Of a stretch of DNA of 64,000 nt, positions 9,832-21,600 are shown piece after piece (positions within the stretch are counted from its first letter, which is position 1; each line of letters opens with the position of its first letter). Origin of the DNA: Patescibacteria group bacterium (GTDB lineage Bacteria > Patescibacteriota > Patescibacteriia > GWA2-46-9); assembly GCA_041675205.1 (NCBI GenBank), contig JBAYUF010000001.1:20863-84862 (forward strand), in the 5' to 3' direction. The translations under genes were made by a program, and so were the position numbers. The notes under the pieces are model-generated. The model was not told where the DNA came from and did no database searches. It worked only from the letters and a program-made list of their open reading frames with translations.

Positions 9832-9837
9832 GTCAGT

Positions 9838-10554
9838 ATGTCCGGTCATTCGAAATGGGCGACAACCAGGCGTCAAAAAGCGGTGGTGGATGCGAAGCGA
9901 GGCATACAATTTACAAAATTATCACACGCCATCACTGTTGCTGCTAAGGAAGGCGGTGGTGATTTAGCTGCGAATACTCGATTACGCTTGGCAGTTGAAA
10001 CTGCCCGTGCGTCGAGTATGCCAAAAGATAATATTGAACGTGCCATTCATCGCGGCACCGGTGCACTCGCCGGCATGCATGTCGAATCGATTACCTATGA
10101 AGGTTTTGGACCAGGTAGCACGGCACTGTTTATTGAAGCGTTAACCGACAACAGAAATAGAACAGTTGCTGAAGTAAAAAATATTTTTTCAAAGCACTCA
10201 AGTACCCTAGGTAACCCCGGCAGCACGGCCTGGATGTTTTCGCGTTATGGCATGGTTACGTTGTCGCGACCCGAAGCCCTTATTGATGAGCTGGCCTTAA
10301 TCGACCTTGGGGCGGACGACCTCATGCTAGAAGACGAGGCAATTCTATTACTAACAACAGTCGAAGGTTTGGTGGCGCTTGCTGACCGAGCACGCTTAGC
10401 AGGATGGACCGTTACTGAGGCAACGTTGACCTACCTGCCAAAGATACCAACTGAGTTCCCAACCGGTAAAACAGGAGAGCAGTTACTTTCATTACTCACC
10501 ACCCTGGACGAGCATGACGATATTGTAAATGTCTACTGTGTCGCAACAGCGTAA
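9838..10554 (+). CDS. yebC: YebC/PmpR family protein
   Basis: MSGHSKWAT, MPKDNIERAI, YEGFGPG, TDNRNRT. Confidence 0.96.
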   Translation: MSGHSKWATTRRQKAVVDAKRGIQFTKLSHAITVAAKEGGGDLAANTRLRLAVETARASSMPKDNIERAIHRGTGALAGMHVESITYEGFGPGSTALFIEALTDNRNRTVAEVKNIFSKHSSTLGNPGSTAWMFSRYGMVTLSRPEALIDELALIDLGADDLMLEDEAILLLTTVEGLVALADRARLAGWTVTEATLTYLPKIPTEFPTGKTGEQLLSLLTTLDEHDDIVNVYCVATA

Positions 10555-11032
10555 CAACACAATTCTTGGCATAGACCCTGGCTATGGACGTTTGGGGTAC
10601 GCCGTTATTGCAGGGACAAGTAGTGCGCCCAGTTGTCAGATCTTTGGCTGTCTTGAAACCGACATGCACAGTAGTGTGCCCGAACGGTTACTTATGATTC
10701 AACAGCATTGTTTACACTTAATTAATCAGTATCAGCCGCGGGTACTTGCGATAGAAACATTAACCGCCAGAAAGAATGTGTCGACAGTTATCAATGTGGC
10801 AGCAGCTCGTGGCGTCGTTTTAGCAACGGCCGCTGCCGCCTCGCTGCTCGTTGTAGAGGTTACTCCAAATCAGGTAAAACAGGCGCTGACCGGTAATGGT
10901 GCTGCCAACAAATCACAAGTTCAGCGTATGGTGCAACGCATTCTAAAATTGCAACTGCCAATTACCTCAGATGATGCTGCTGACGCTCTCGCCGTTGCCT
11001 TAGCGGTGCAACCGCAGCTTCGTCGGTTGTAG
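10529..11032 (+). CDS. ruvC: Crossover junction endodeoxyribonuclease RuvC
   Basis: ILGIDPG, VKQALTGNGAANKSQV, DDAADALAVAL. Confidence 0.96.
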   Translation: MSTVSQQRNNTILGIDPGYGRLGYAVIAGTSSAPSCQIFGCLETDMHSSVPERLLMIQQHCLHLINQYQPRVLAIETLTARKNVSTVINVAAARGVVLATAAAASLLVVEVTPNQVKQALTGNGAANKSQVQRMVQRILKLQLPITSDDAADALAVALAVQPQLRRL

Positions 11033-11044
11033 GTAACGAACGCA

Positions 11045-12340
11045 CTAGCGAGTATACCCAAGAGGGTTCACTCGTTTACCTCGAGAAATTACTTCAAAGT
11101 GTAGGTGCGGGCCAGTAGAACGACCGGTTGAGCCCATGAGTGCAATAGTTTGCCCACGATCAACACGTTCGCCGGCTTTCACGAGATTCTTCGTGGCGTG
11201 TCCGTAGCGCGTAACGAGTCCGTTGTCGTGACGAATGAGCACCATGTTCCCGTACGCTCCTGCCCAACGTGATTCAATGACAACGCCACTTTCTGCTGCA
11301 TAAATAGGAACGCCGAGCTTCCCCTTAATATCGACGCCGGTATGACGGTAACCGAAGTATTGGTTGATGTGATGGTCGACAGTTGGCCAGAGGAGGTCAG
11401 CACCGTCGTCACTCGGCGCACGAGCGGGAACAGTGCCGGACGTTGTTGCTCGTGTTGTTGGTCGACGTACCACAACGGCTGCGGGTGGTGTGCCCCCGGG
11501 AATAATGAGTTGGTCACCCGGGCGCACGGTACTGGTGCTGGTAATGTTATTGAAAGAAAGTACCGCCTGTTCAGTTACGCTGTATTTTTTAGCAATGCCC
11601 GCCACCGTCTCTCCTTTTAGAACGGTGTGTGAAAGACCATCGACGGGTAGAATTGTAATTGTTTGGCCGGGTCGAATGAGAGAACGAGCGGTTAGAGAGT
11701 TTGTGTAGAGTAGGGTGGTTAATTTTAATCTAAATTTCGCGGCAATGCCTGCCAGCGTATCGCCATCAGCGACGGTGTACTTTTCTATGTGCGTACGGGT
11801 GGCAACGCTTTCTTCGGTGCCAACGATATATGGTTGAAAGATGGCTTCGCCAGTTGGGCTAGTGAATGTTCGGGCTGATGTTTCGTTTGTGTCGTCGCCG
11901 TCTGTTTCTAGTTCTGCAAGTAAGCTTTCTGGCAGCGCAGGGATACTGTTTAATTCTTCACCACTATCTGTTCCCACAATGTCGAGTATAATCCGTCCTT
12001 CACCATACTCAGCGGCGTTAGCAGAAGAGAAACGAAGATTACTATTTACTGCAGTAACGGCAATGAGCAGCAGTAAAGCATGGAGTAGGTAGCGGTGTGA
12101 AAATGGACGAAGCCAGCGCGAAGGGGCTGTGAGTAATACTCGTTCAACACCACGTCGTAAGCGACGATACCAACCATAGATTGGGGTGACGACGGTTAGG
12201 AAGCTCAAAAGGAGGCCTTCGGCAATCCTGGAAAAAGCGGGTAAGAGGAAAAAACTACTACTGCGACGACGAAAATAAACAAGGCTCTTGGTGGCCAAGA
12301 GCAGAAATCGCACGCCGAACGCTTTAAAGTTGCGGCTCAT
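11045..12340 (-). CDS. LysM + M23 family peptidase
   Basis: Two LysM repeats; HTGVD and STGPHLHFEV zinc motifs. Confidence 0.93.
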   Translation of the reverse strand: MSRNFKAFGVRFLLLATKSLVYFRRRSSSFFLLPAFSRIAEGLLLSFLTVVTPIYGWYRRLRRGVERVLLTAPSRWLRPFSHRYLLHALLLLIAVTAVNSNLRFSSANAAEYGEGRIILDIVGTDSGEELNSIPALPESLLAELETDGDDTNETSARTFTSPTGEAIFQPYIVGTEESVATRTHIEKYTVADGDTLAGIAAKFRLKLTTLLYTNSLTARSLIRPGQTITILPVDGLSHTVLKGETVAGIAKKYSVTEQAVLSFNNITSTSTVRPGDQLIIPGGTPPAAVVVRRPTTRATTSGTVPARAPSDDGADLLWPTVDHHINQYFGYRHTGVDIKGKLGVPIYAAESGVVIESRWAGAYGNMVLIRHDNGLVTRYGHATKNLVKAGERVDRGQTIALMGSTGRSTGPHLHFEVISRGKRVNPLGYTR

Positions 12341-12425
12341 ACTATTTCTGCAGTTTACATTGGCGAGAATTGAGGGTCAATGAAAACTGTTCGGTCCTAT
12401 ACGCTGATGCTACACTGTCCTGACT

Positions 12426-13373
12426 ATGGACCCACGCCTCGCACTCCTAATCATTGTCGTCGTTCTCGCCATCATCGGGCTCCTGCTTGATCGTCGATTA
12501 CGTTCGCTTGTGCAAACACAGAACAACGTCGCTGACCCAGCTATGATGCTGTTAAATCAAAATGTGCAAGGCATGCAGATGCGTATCGATGAATCGACTC
12601 GGGCGCTCAATACCCGGCTGGACCGTGCGGCCGAGGTTATTTCGGGTGTTGGCCAGGAGCTCGGTCATGTTAAAGAGATTGGTCGTTCAATGAAGGATCT
12701 GCAAGATTTTTTGCGATCACCGAAGTTACGCGGCAATATTGGCGAGCAGGTTATGAACGACCTGCTGGTACAATATTTTCCTAATGCTCATTTTGCGTTG
12801 CAGCATACGTTTCAAACAGGAGATCGGGTCGATGCTATTTTGAAGACAGCCAATGGACTCATCCCGCTTGATTCAAAGTTTCCTCTAGAAAATTTTCAAC
12901 GCATGCAACGAGCGCAGGAAGAAGTAGCGGCGGCAACATTTCGACGTGAATTTAGAAAAGATACAAAAAAACACATTTCAGACATCAGCCGTAAATATAT
13001 TCTACCGGCCGAAGGGACGACCGACTTTGCCATTATGTACGTTCCTTCCGAAGCTATTTACTATGAAATTATTCGAGACGACGAAGAGCTAAATGCGTTT
13101 GCTAATGAGAAACGAGTTTTTCTCGTTTCACCAAATAGCTTTTACTATTTTTTGAAAGTTATTTTGATTGGCTTAGAAGGAAAACGAGTGGAAGAGAACG
13201 CAAAACGTATTTTGGAAACAATGCGAGCGATTCAGCAGGATGCCGTTCGATTCGGGAGCGAGCTTCGAGTGCTCTCAACGCACGTGACGAACGCGAAGGC
13301 GACCATTGATCGAGCAAATATCGAGTACGGTAAATTGGCCGGTCGCATTGATGATGTTCGCCTGCTCAAGTAA
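12426..13373 (+). CDS. rmuC: DNA recombination protein RmuC
   Basis: N-terminal TM, RGNIGE, PLDSKFPLE, DFAIMYVPSEAIY. Confidence 0.92.
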   Translation: MDPRLALLIIVVVLAIIGLLLDRRLRSLVQTQNNVADPAMMLLNQNVQGMQMRIDESTRALNTRLDRAAEVISGVGQELGHVKEIGRSMKDLQDFLRSPKLRGNIGEQVMNDLLVQYFPNAHFALQHTFQTGDRVDAILKTANGLIPLDSKFPLENFQRMQRAQEEVAAATFRREFRKDTKKHISDISRKYILPAEGTTDFAIMYVPSEAIYYEIIRDDEELNAFANEKRVFLVSPNSFYYFLKVILIGLEGKRVEENAKRILETMRAIQQDAVRFGSELRVLSTHVTNAKATIDRANIEYGKLAGRIDDVRLLK

Positions 13374-13375
13374 CT

Positions 13376-14293
13376 ATGATTGGCGAAACCAAGATAGCTC
13401 GTGCCGCCGTGCAGACGGTATCGTACTTACATCTATTCCACTATGCGCCAACCAGTACTGAAGTGTGGCAATTATTGTGGCGAACGCCGGCTGAACTTTC
13501 TGAGGTAGAGGCCGAACTATATGATCCAGCCACGGATCGTTTTTCTGTTGCGGGGGCTTTCGTGTCGCTCGTGGGTAATGAGTCTTTGCCTGCGATACGT
13601 TTGGCGCGCTACAGAATAGCAGAACTGAAGTTGGAACGCGCCCGACGGGCCGCTCGTTGGATTGGATTCCTCCCATGGGTCGAAGGAATTGCCGCTTGTA
13701 ATTCCTTGGGGTATCAAAACACAAAGAAAGAAAGTGATATTGATTTCTTTATCGTTGTTAAACCAGACGCATTGTGGTTGACGAGGTTCATTGTGGTCGG
13801 TATTGCAAAACTCATGGGGGTTCGTCCGACGGCGACACATGCGGCCGATACGCTCTGCTTTAGTTTTTGGACAACAACACGGCAATTAAATTTGTCGAAA
13901 CTGGCGCTACCGAGTGAGGACCCATACCTAACGTTTTGGGTTGCTCAGATAACCCCACTGTTCGGCCGAGGCGATATTTGGTCTCGATTTTGGCTGGCGA
14001 ATAATTGGGTAAAAGAATTGTTGCCGAACGCAAGTGGTTATACGACATTGCCGCATGCTCTTTATAGGGCTGCTGGCGTTACGCGGCCCGTGAGTCGTTT
14101 GGTGCAGTGGCTAAACGAAAAAGTAGGTGTGTGGCAACGACATCACCTTCCCGAGTCGATACGAACAGCGGTACCAGATGATTCGCATGGTGTTGTTATT
14201 GAGGATAATATACTTAAGTTCCATACACATGATCGCCGTGCGCAGTATCGAGATGAATGGCATAGTGAGCGGCAGGCGCTCGGTGTTGACTAG
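13376..14293 (+). CDS. Nucleotidyltransferase-fold protein
   Basis: NSLGYQN...ESDIDFFIV pol-beta-type DxD motif. Confidence 0.6.
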   Translation: MIGETKIARAAVQTVSYLHLFHYAPTSTEVWQLLWRTPAELSEVEAELYDPATDRFSVAGAFVSLVGNESLPAIRLARYRIAELKLERARRAARWIGFLPWVEGIAACNSLGYQNTKKESDIDFFIVVKPDALWLTRFIVVGIAKLMGVRPTATHAADTLCFSFWTTTRQLNLSKLALPSEDPYLTFWVAQITPLFGRGDIWSRFWLANNWVKELLPNASGYTTLPHALYRAAGVTRPVSRLVQWLNEKVGVWQRHHLPESIRTAVPDDSHGVVIEDNILKFHTHDRRAQYRDEWHSERQALGVD

Positions 14294-14298
14294 ATTTT

Positions 14299-15642
14299 AT
14301 GAAACTAAAAATGCAACAACTTGTCGCCGTCCTTACCGTACTGTTACTTCCTTGGCAGACAGTATGGCTGCTGTCGCCTGTCGTTTTTGGTGTCGGTTCG
14401 TCATTCATGACGCTCAGCATTTATCTGGTCGATGTACTTCTCTTTGTGTGTTGCCTACTGCTGCTTCGTCGAACTACTTTTTCGTTTGCTAGACCAGCGC
14501 AGGAACGTTGGTTATTCGGTATCGCCTTCATCGCTCTTTTTATCGGAACTTTCCTTTCACCCGTCCCTATACTTGCCGTGCAAAAATTTGTATCTTTTTT
14601 TCTTGTCGGATTCTTCACATGGTTTGCCATTCGAATTTTGCCTAGAAATCTTATATTCGTCACGGTCAGTGTCGCTGGCGTCGTCGCTGCGGTTCTCGGC
14701 ATTGGCCAATTTTTACTCCAGACAATTCCGGGCAGTAGTATTCTCGGCATCGCATCGCAGTCGGCGTCGATTCTTGGTACGGCAGTTGTTGAAACAGTGC
14801 AAGAAAGGTTTTTGCGAGCGTATGGTCCATTTCCTCACCCGAATATTCTTGGGGGGTACCTAGCCCTAACGCTCGTGTTTACAGTCGCATACTACTTTCA
14901 GTTGTATGAAAAATTTCAACCGTGGTGGAATACCATTGGTCAAACGGTATCGAAAAAAAAACTTTGGCATCAGCCGATAGTTCGACAAACTGCACTTGCA
15001 GCCGCGTTTAGCTTGGCGACGTTTGTGCTCCTTATCACCGGTTTACTTGTGTCGTTTTCTCGCTCGGCAATGCTCGGCGCGGTAGTGGGTGTTGGATCGT
15101 TTCTTAATAAAAAAATTCATCAGAACCCAATTCGTGGTGGCGTATTAAGCGGAAAGCTTTTTCTTATCGCCTGCCTCACTATTACGGTTTGGGTACTGAG
15201 CGTGCCAGGACTTTTCCAGGGTCGGTTAACGGCGAGTGGTCGACTGGAAGCGTATTCCGTTGCTAGCCGTTTAACGCAATATAAAGAAGCGAACACTTTA
15301 TTTATGAGCAATGCATTGTTTGGCGTTGGCGTTGGCAACTACGTTCCGGCACTCATGCAAACGTTTCCAGGTCGCGCGGTCTACGATTATGAACCAGTTC
15401 ATAATGTCCTCGTACTTGCTGTTGTAGAAGTTGGAGCAATTGGTAGTCTGGCTGTTTTGCTACTCCTTTATCGTAAACGAGAAATGCTGCGGCAATTGCT
15501 CCTAACACCAACTGGTGCTGGGGTGATGTATACCTTGCTTCCGCTTATGTTGCTCGACCATTATATATGGTCGCTCCATGCCGGTATTGTGCTCTTAGTT
15601 TTGGTCGGTCTGGGTCTTAGTAGTAAGGAAACGGTATCTTGA
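14299..15642 (+). CDS. O-antigen ligase family membrane protein
   Basis: RAYGPFPHPNILGGYL, SFSRSA, FGVGVGNY, PVHN motifs; many TMs. Confidence 0.88.
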   Translation: MKLKMQQLVAVLTVLLLPWQTVWLLSPVVFGVGSSFMTLSIYLVDVLLFVCCLLLLRRTTFSFARPAQERWLFGIAFIALFIGTFLSPVPILAVQKFVSFFLVGFFTWFAIRILPRNLIFVTVSVAGVVAAVLGIGQFLLQTIPGSSILGIASQSASILGTAVVETVQERFLRAYGPFPHPNILGGYLALTLVFTVAYYFQLYEKFQPWWNTIGQTVSKKKLWHQPIVRQTALAAAFSLATFVLLITGLLVSFSRSAMLGAVVGVGSFLNKKIHQNPIRGGVLSGKLFLIACLTITVWVLSVPGLFQGRLTASGRLEAYSVASRLTQYKEANTLFMSNALFGVGVGNYVPALMQTFPGRAVYDYEPVHNVLVLAVVEVGAIGSLAVLLLLYRKREMLRQLLLTPTGAGVMYTLLPLMLLDHYIWSLHAGIVLLVLVGLGLSSKETVS

Positions 15643-15646
15643 CACG

Positions 15647-15673
15647 TTAGCACTCGCTTTTGTAGAGTGCTAT
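15647..15673 (+). promoter_or_regulatory. CIRCE element (HrcA operator)
   Basis: TTAGCACTC-gcttttgta-GAGTGCTAT (1 mismatch to consensus), just after TTGACA at 15639, upstream of groES. Confidence 0.92.
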
Positions 15674-15746
15674 CACGGTCGACGACACCACATACCTGTG
15701 GTGTTTTCCGACAGCCGTAACTATCGTTATTAATACATCATTCATT

Positions 15747-16040
15747 ATGAAGCTAAAACCATTAGCTGATCACGTAATAGTGAAACCAGCGAAGGAGGAA
15801 GAAGTAACCAAGTCGGGTATTGTTTTGCCAGATACCGCAAAAAGCGAAAAGCCAGAACAAGGTGAGGTGCTGGCGGTTGGTCCAGGGAAGCTTTTAGAAA
15901 ACGGTACTCGTGCACCGATGACTGTCAACGTTGGCGACAAAATTGTTTTTAAGAAATACAGCCCCGACGAAGTAAAGATTGATGGTGAAGAGTATTTGGT
16001 GGTCAGTGAGTCAGACATCATCGCCGTGGTAGCCGCGTAA
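15747..16040 (+). CDS. groES: Co-chaperonin GroES
   Basis: [29 protein letters not shown]. Confidence 0.98.
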   Translation: MKLKPLADHVIVKPAKEEEVTKSGIVLPDTAKSEKPEQGEVLAVGPGKLLENGTRAPMTVNVGDKIVFKKYSPDEVKIDGEEYLVVSESDIIAVVAA

Positions 16041-16058
16041 CATAACTCAATTCATTAA

Positions 16059-17699
<1,641 letters not shown>

Positions 17700-17716
17700 C
17701 GCGCACCGTTTTGTGC

Positions 17717-17753
17717 CAAAAAATCCTCCGCCCACACGGAGGATTTTTTGTTT
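17717..17753 (+). terminator. Intrinsic terminator after groEL
   Basis: CAAAAAATCCTCCG-cccaca-CGGAGGATTTTTTG. Confidence 0.85.
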
Positions 17754-17776
17754 ATGTGTCGTGCTATACTTTTTCT

Positions 17777-18208
17777 ATGCGTTTTGTACCAAGGGTCCCA
17801 AAGATAATCATTCAAGATCTGGGAAGGTCGCGCATCGCGCCTGTGGTTATTTTGATAGTAGTGCTCTGTGCTGCTGAGTATGGCTTTCGGTATTACTTTT
17901 CAGTGCCGGCGATTATTGGCTACCTGACGTACTGGCTTGGCTTAAGTTTCTTTTTTTACGTTGTTACGAAAAATCTTGTCGTCAGAGAGCACGATGATAT
18001 GCTGCTCTTCGTTACCATAGGAATGACAGGTGCGGTGACGGGTCTTTTTTTGGCACTTTGGAAAGTGTATTTGTATCAAGAACTTTGGACAGCGTTTAAT
18101 TTGATCGCTGAACCTGTTCGTACTGGCCTCTATGGGTTTATGATTGCCTGGCTTTTCGTGCGAGCGCAATCAAACGTTCGGCAAGCAACATTTTCATCCC
18201 CGAATTAA
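17777..18208 (+). CDS. 4-TM hypothetical membrane protein, likely leaderless
   Basis: ATG 6 nt after TGCTATACT; four hydrophobic segments. Confidence 0.7.
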   Translation: MRFVPRVPKIIIQDLGRSRIAPVVILIVVLCAAEYGFRYYFSVPAIIGYLTYWLGLSFFFYVVTKNLVVREHDDMLLFVTIGMTGAVTGLFLALWKVYLYQELWTAFNLIAEPVRTGLYGFMIAWLFVRAQSNVRQATFSSPN

Positions 18209-18223
18209 TAGCATAATGCTTCT

Positions 18224-18580
18224 ATGACCAGTAAGACGTCCAAGCGTGAACAACGCGAAAAAATAACCGACGTAGCCCCAGCCCAGGCAGACAGAGTGTT
18301 GGCTGTCTTGTCGTACCTCTGGATTTTCTTTGTCGTTCCTTTGGTGTTGCGTCCGGAAAGTGCCTTTATACAGTTTCATGCTAAGCAAGGAATTGTTGTT
18401 GCGCTTGCCTGGTTCATGCTTTGGGTAATCGGTATTGTGCCACTCCTTGGTTGGCTACTATTCCCCGTTGGGAGTCTTCTTCTTTTGGCTGTTAACGTGC
18501 TTGCCATTGTAAAAGCATGGCAAGGCGAGATGTGGAGAATTCCTTATTTGCATCAATACGTTGCTAGACTTGGTTTATAA
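18224..18580 (+). CDS. DUF4870-like membrane protein
   Basis: LAVLSYL, FIQFHAKQG, KAWQGEMWRIPY. Confidence 0.82.
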   Translation: MTSKTSKREQREKITDVAPAQADRVLAVLSYLWIFFVVPLVLRPESAFIQFHAKQGIVVALAWFMLWVIGIVPLLGWLLFPVGSLLLLAVNVLAIVKAWQGEMWRIPYLHQYVARLGL

Positions 18581-18678
18581 AAATTTTAACTTCAGATTTT
18601 GTCGTTTTTGTGTTATAAAATAGGTAGTAAATTTTAATTCGTCGTGGTTACGGCGTACGTACTGCAAGCATAGAAAAC

Positions 18679-21600
18679 GTGCATTTTTTTCTGATAAGAA
18701 AGCAAGCTGGTATAAGGAGAAGGATTTCGTCCTTTGTGATTGTTGTTGCGCTTGTGGTAACTGGTTTTACGCCAGGGAACATTCTTGCGGCAACAGGGGT
18801 ACCGAACATTATTAATCATCAAGGGAGGTTACTTGACGCAAGTAGCAACCTCATTGGCGGCTCGGGGACAAATTATTGTTTCCGCTTCTCTTTATATTCA
18901 GATACAACGGTTGGTGCGCCTGATACAAAATTGTGGCCATCCGGCACCCCCTCGACCATGACGGTTGAAGTAAAGAATGGCATTTTCAACGTTGGTATTG
19001 GCGACACGGCAGCCGGCGGCGACACGTTAGATTTTGATTTTCAGACAACAGACACAAGCTACTTGAACGTTGAGGTTGCGCCACAAGTTTCAAGTTCTTG
19101 TGTCGGTGTTAGTTTTGAAACGCTTAGCCCTCGGCAACGGGTGGTTGCTTCAGGCTACGCCATCAACGCAGAAACTGTTGGTGGTTTTACTCCCGCGCAG
19201 TCCGCCACAGGCAGTCAAATTCCTGTGCTCACCTCCGGCAATCTATTTCTTGGTGGCACAAACCCGCAATTAAATGTTACTGGTGCGAACACGCTCACGT
19301 TGCAAGGTGGTGCCGGGACTGGTGCCATTCAATTTTTTTCTTCCTCAAACGCCATCACGTCGGCTGGTGCGCTAACTATTGCGGGGGTCTTTGATACCGC
19401 GAGTACTCTGCAAGCCGGTTCCAGTAACGTAACACTTACCCTCGCAACCGGTTTTATCGATGCCGACGCATTAACACTGTTCGCCGGTGCAGATGGAGCA
19501 AGCGCAACAACGTCTACTGGTTCAGGCCTCGAAGCGGCTGCTGATGGGCTTAGCTTATTGCAAGGGTGTAGTGATTCTGAGGTATTGAAATGGAATGAGA
19601 CGACCGATGTCTGGGCGTGTGCGGTTGACGCTACTGGCGGTTCAGCGTCACTCCAAGGAGCGTACGATGGCGGTGCCGCCATTACCTCTTCAAACGCTCG
19701 TGACCTGGCCTTTACTCTGGCCAACACAGCAACTGATTCTAATTTTGCAATTTCTATTGCCGCCGATTCAACCTCAACCGTATCAATTAGCCGTGCCGAT
19801 GGTGGCGCCACAAGCCCCGCCCAGCTTTTCTTACTTGATAATCTTGACACCGATACCGCGCAACCCATTGCTCTTAAAATTCAGTCCTTGGCTGGAACTA
19901 TCACTACTGCCCTCGATGTATCTGACGCCGAGATTGGTACTGCTCTGGCAATTGGGTCAAATAGTATCACGACGAGTAGCGGCACTATTGCAGCAACCGA
20001 ACTTGATCGTCTAACAGGCAAAGACGCACCACTCGTTGACACCAATGATGCAGTTGCCACCGCCATCACTGGCACAGGCACCATCACTTCCGGCATCTGG
20101 AACGCCGGGGCGGTGACATCTTCGGGCGCCATTCAGGGCACCACGCTGACCGCCACTGCTGCTGGTGGCGTTATTCTGCAGAACGCAGAAACCATTACGA
20201 ACGCCATTGATGGCCTCATCACCTTCACTCGTACAGACGCCAACGCCGACACCATCAGCATTTCCCCAGCAACCGGTGGCGCCGCGACGTTTGCCGGTAT
20301 CTTCACCTCTGCCGACCTCACTGCTGACCGAACATGGACTCTGCCAAACGTTTCTGGCACGGTCATCACCACTGGCGACACCGGCTCAGTGACGAGCGCC
20401 ATGATTCTAGACGGCACCGTAGCAAACGGTGATCTCGCCGCTGGTACGTTCACCAACATCACTGGCACGGGCGCCTTAGATGCTGGTTCCATCACTGCTA
20501 ACTTTGGTGCCATTAACGTTGGTGCCGACAGCATCACCGGCGGCGCTATGCAAGGAACATTCCTCACCGCCACAACCGCTGCTTTCGGCCTCGTCATTGG
20601 CACTGGAGTGAACGCCACCACGCTTTCCTCCACCGCTAGCGCCGCCCGTGCCATCTCTTTCCCGGATGTGGCCGGCACACTCATTAGTACTGGTGACACC
20701 GGCACCGTCACGAGCACTATGATTCTGGATGGCACCGTGGCGAACGGCGACTTAGCCGGCTCCATTGCCGCTTCTAAACTTGTGGGTTCCGATATCGCCG
20801 CCGTTGGCACCATCACCTCCGGCATCTGGAACGCCGGGGCAGTGACATCTTCGGGTAACATTGATGCCACCGGCACACTGCAAGCTGGGTCATCGAACAT
20901 TACTATCACCGTTGCGGCTGGGTATCTTGATGGTGATGCTCTGCAACTTACCAATGCTGGTGCCGGTGCCACCTCCTCTAATTCAGGACTTGAAGTTATT
21001 TCTGATAAGATCGGGCTCCTCCAAGGTTGTTCTGACGGAGAGATATTAAAATGGACAGAAGGCACGGGGGTCTGGGCGTGCGCAGTGGATGGTGGTGGAG
21101 CTGCTGGAGATAGCGTTTCAATTAATGGTTCGGCAACGACCGACAGTAATTTTATTGATGTGGTTGCTTCAGCGACTGCCGCGGCTATCAATTGGAGTTT
21201 GAATACAGTACCAGCTCCAGACGAAATTTCTTTAGCGATTGGTGCTGCTTCCGGTACTGACGCTGGTATAGTAACCGCCAACGCTCAAACACTTGGTGGA
21301 ACAAAAACATTTGCTAATGGCCTCACCATCACTGCCGGCCAAACATTCACCATGAACAGTGATGCATTCACCGACCTCACTGGCACAAATCTTGAAGTTG
21401 CGTCAAACGCGCTTCGTGTCATTGCTAATCCTACGTTTTCAACCTCAGTTACAACTCCTCTACTGCAGTCGGCCGATAATGGTTCGACATTAACACTTAA
21501 CATGCCGGTAAGCGGGGCTGATGCTGGTGCACACACACTTGCTCTTCAAGTTGATGGGAACACCGCTATCTCGGTAGCGGCGACGGGGGACGGCGCCGGT

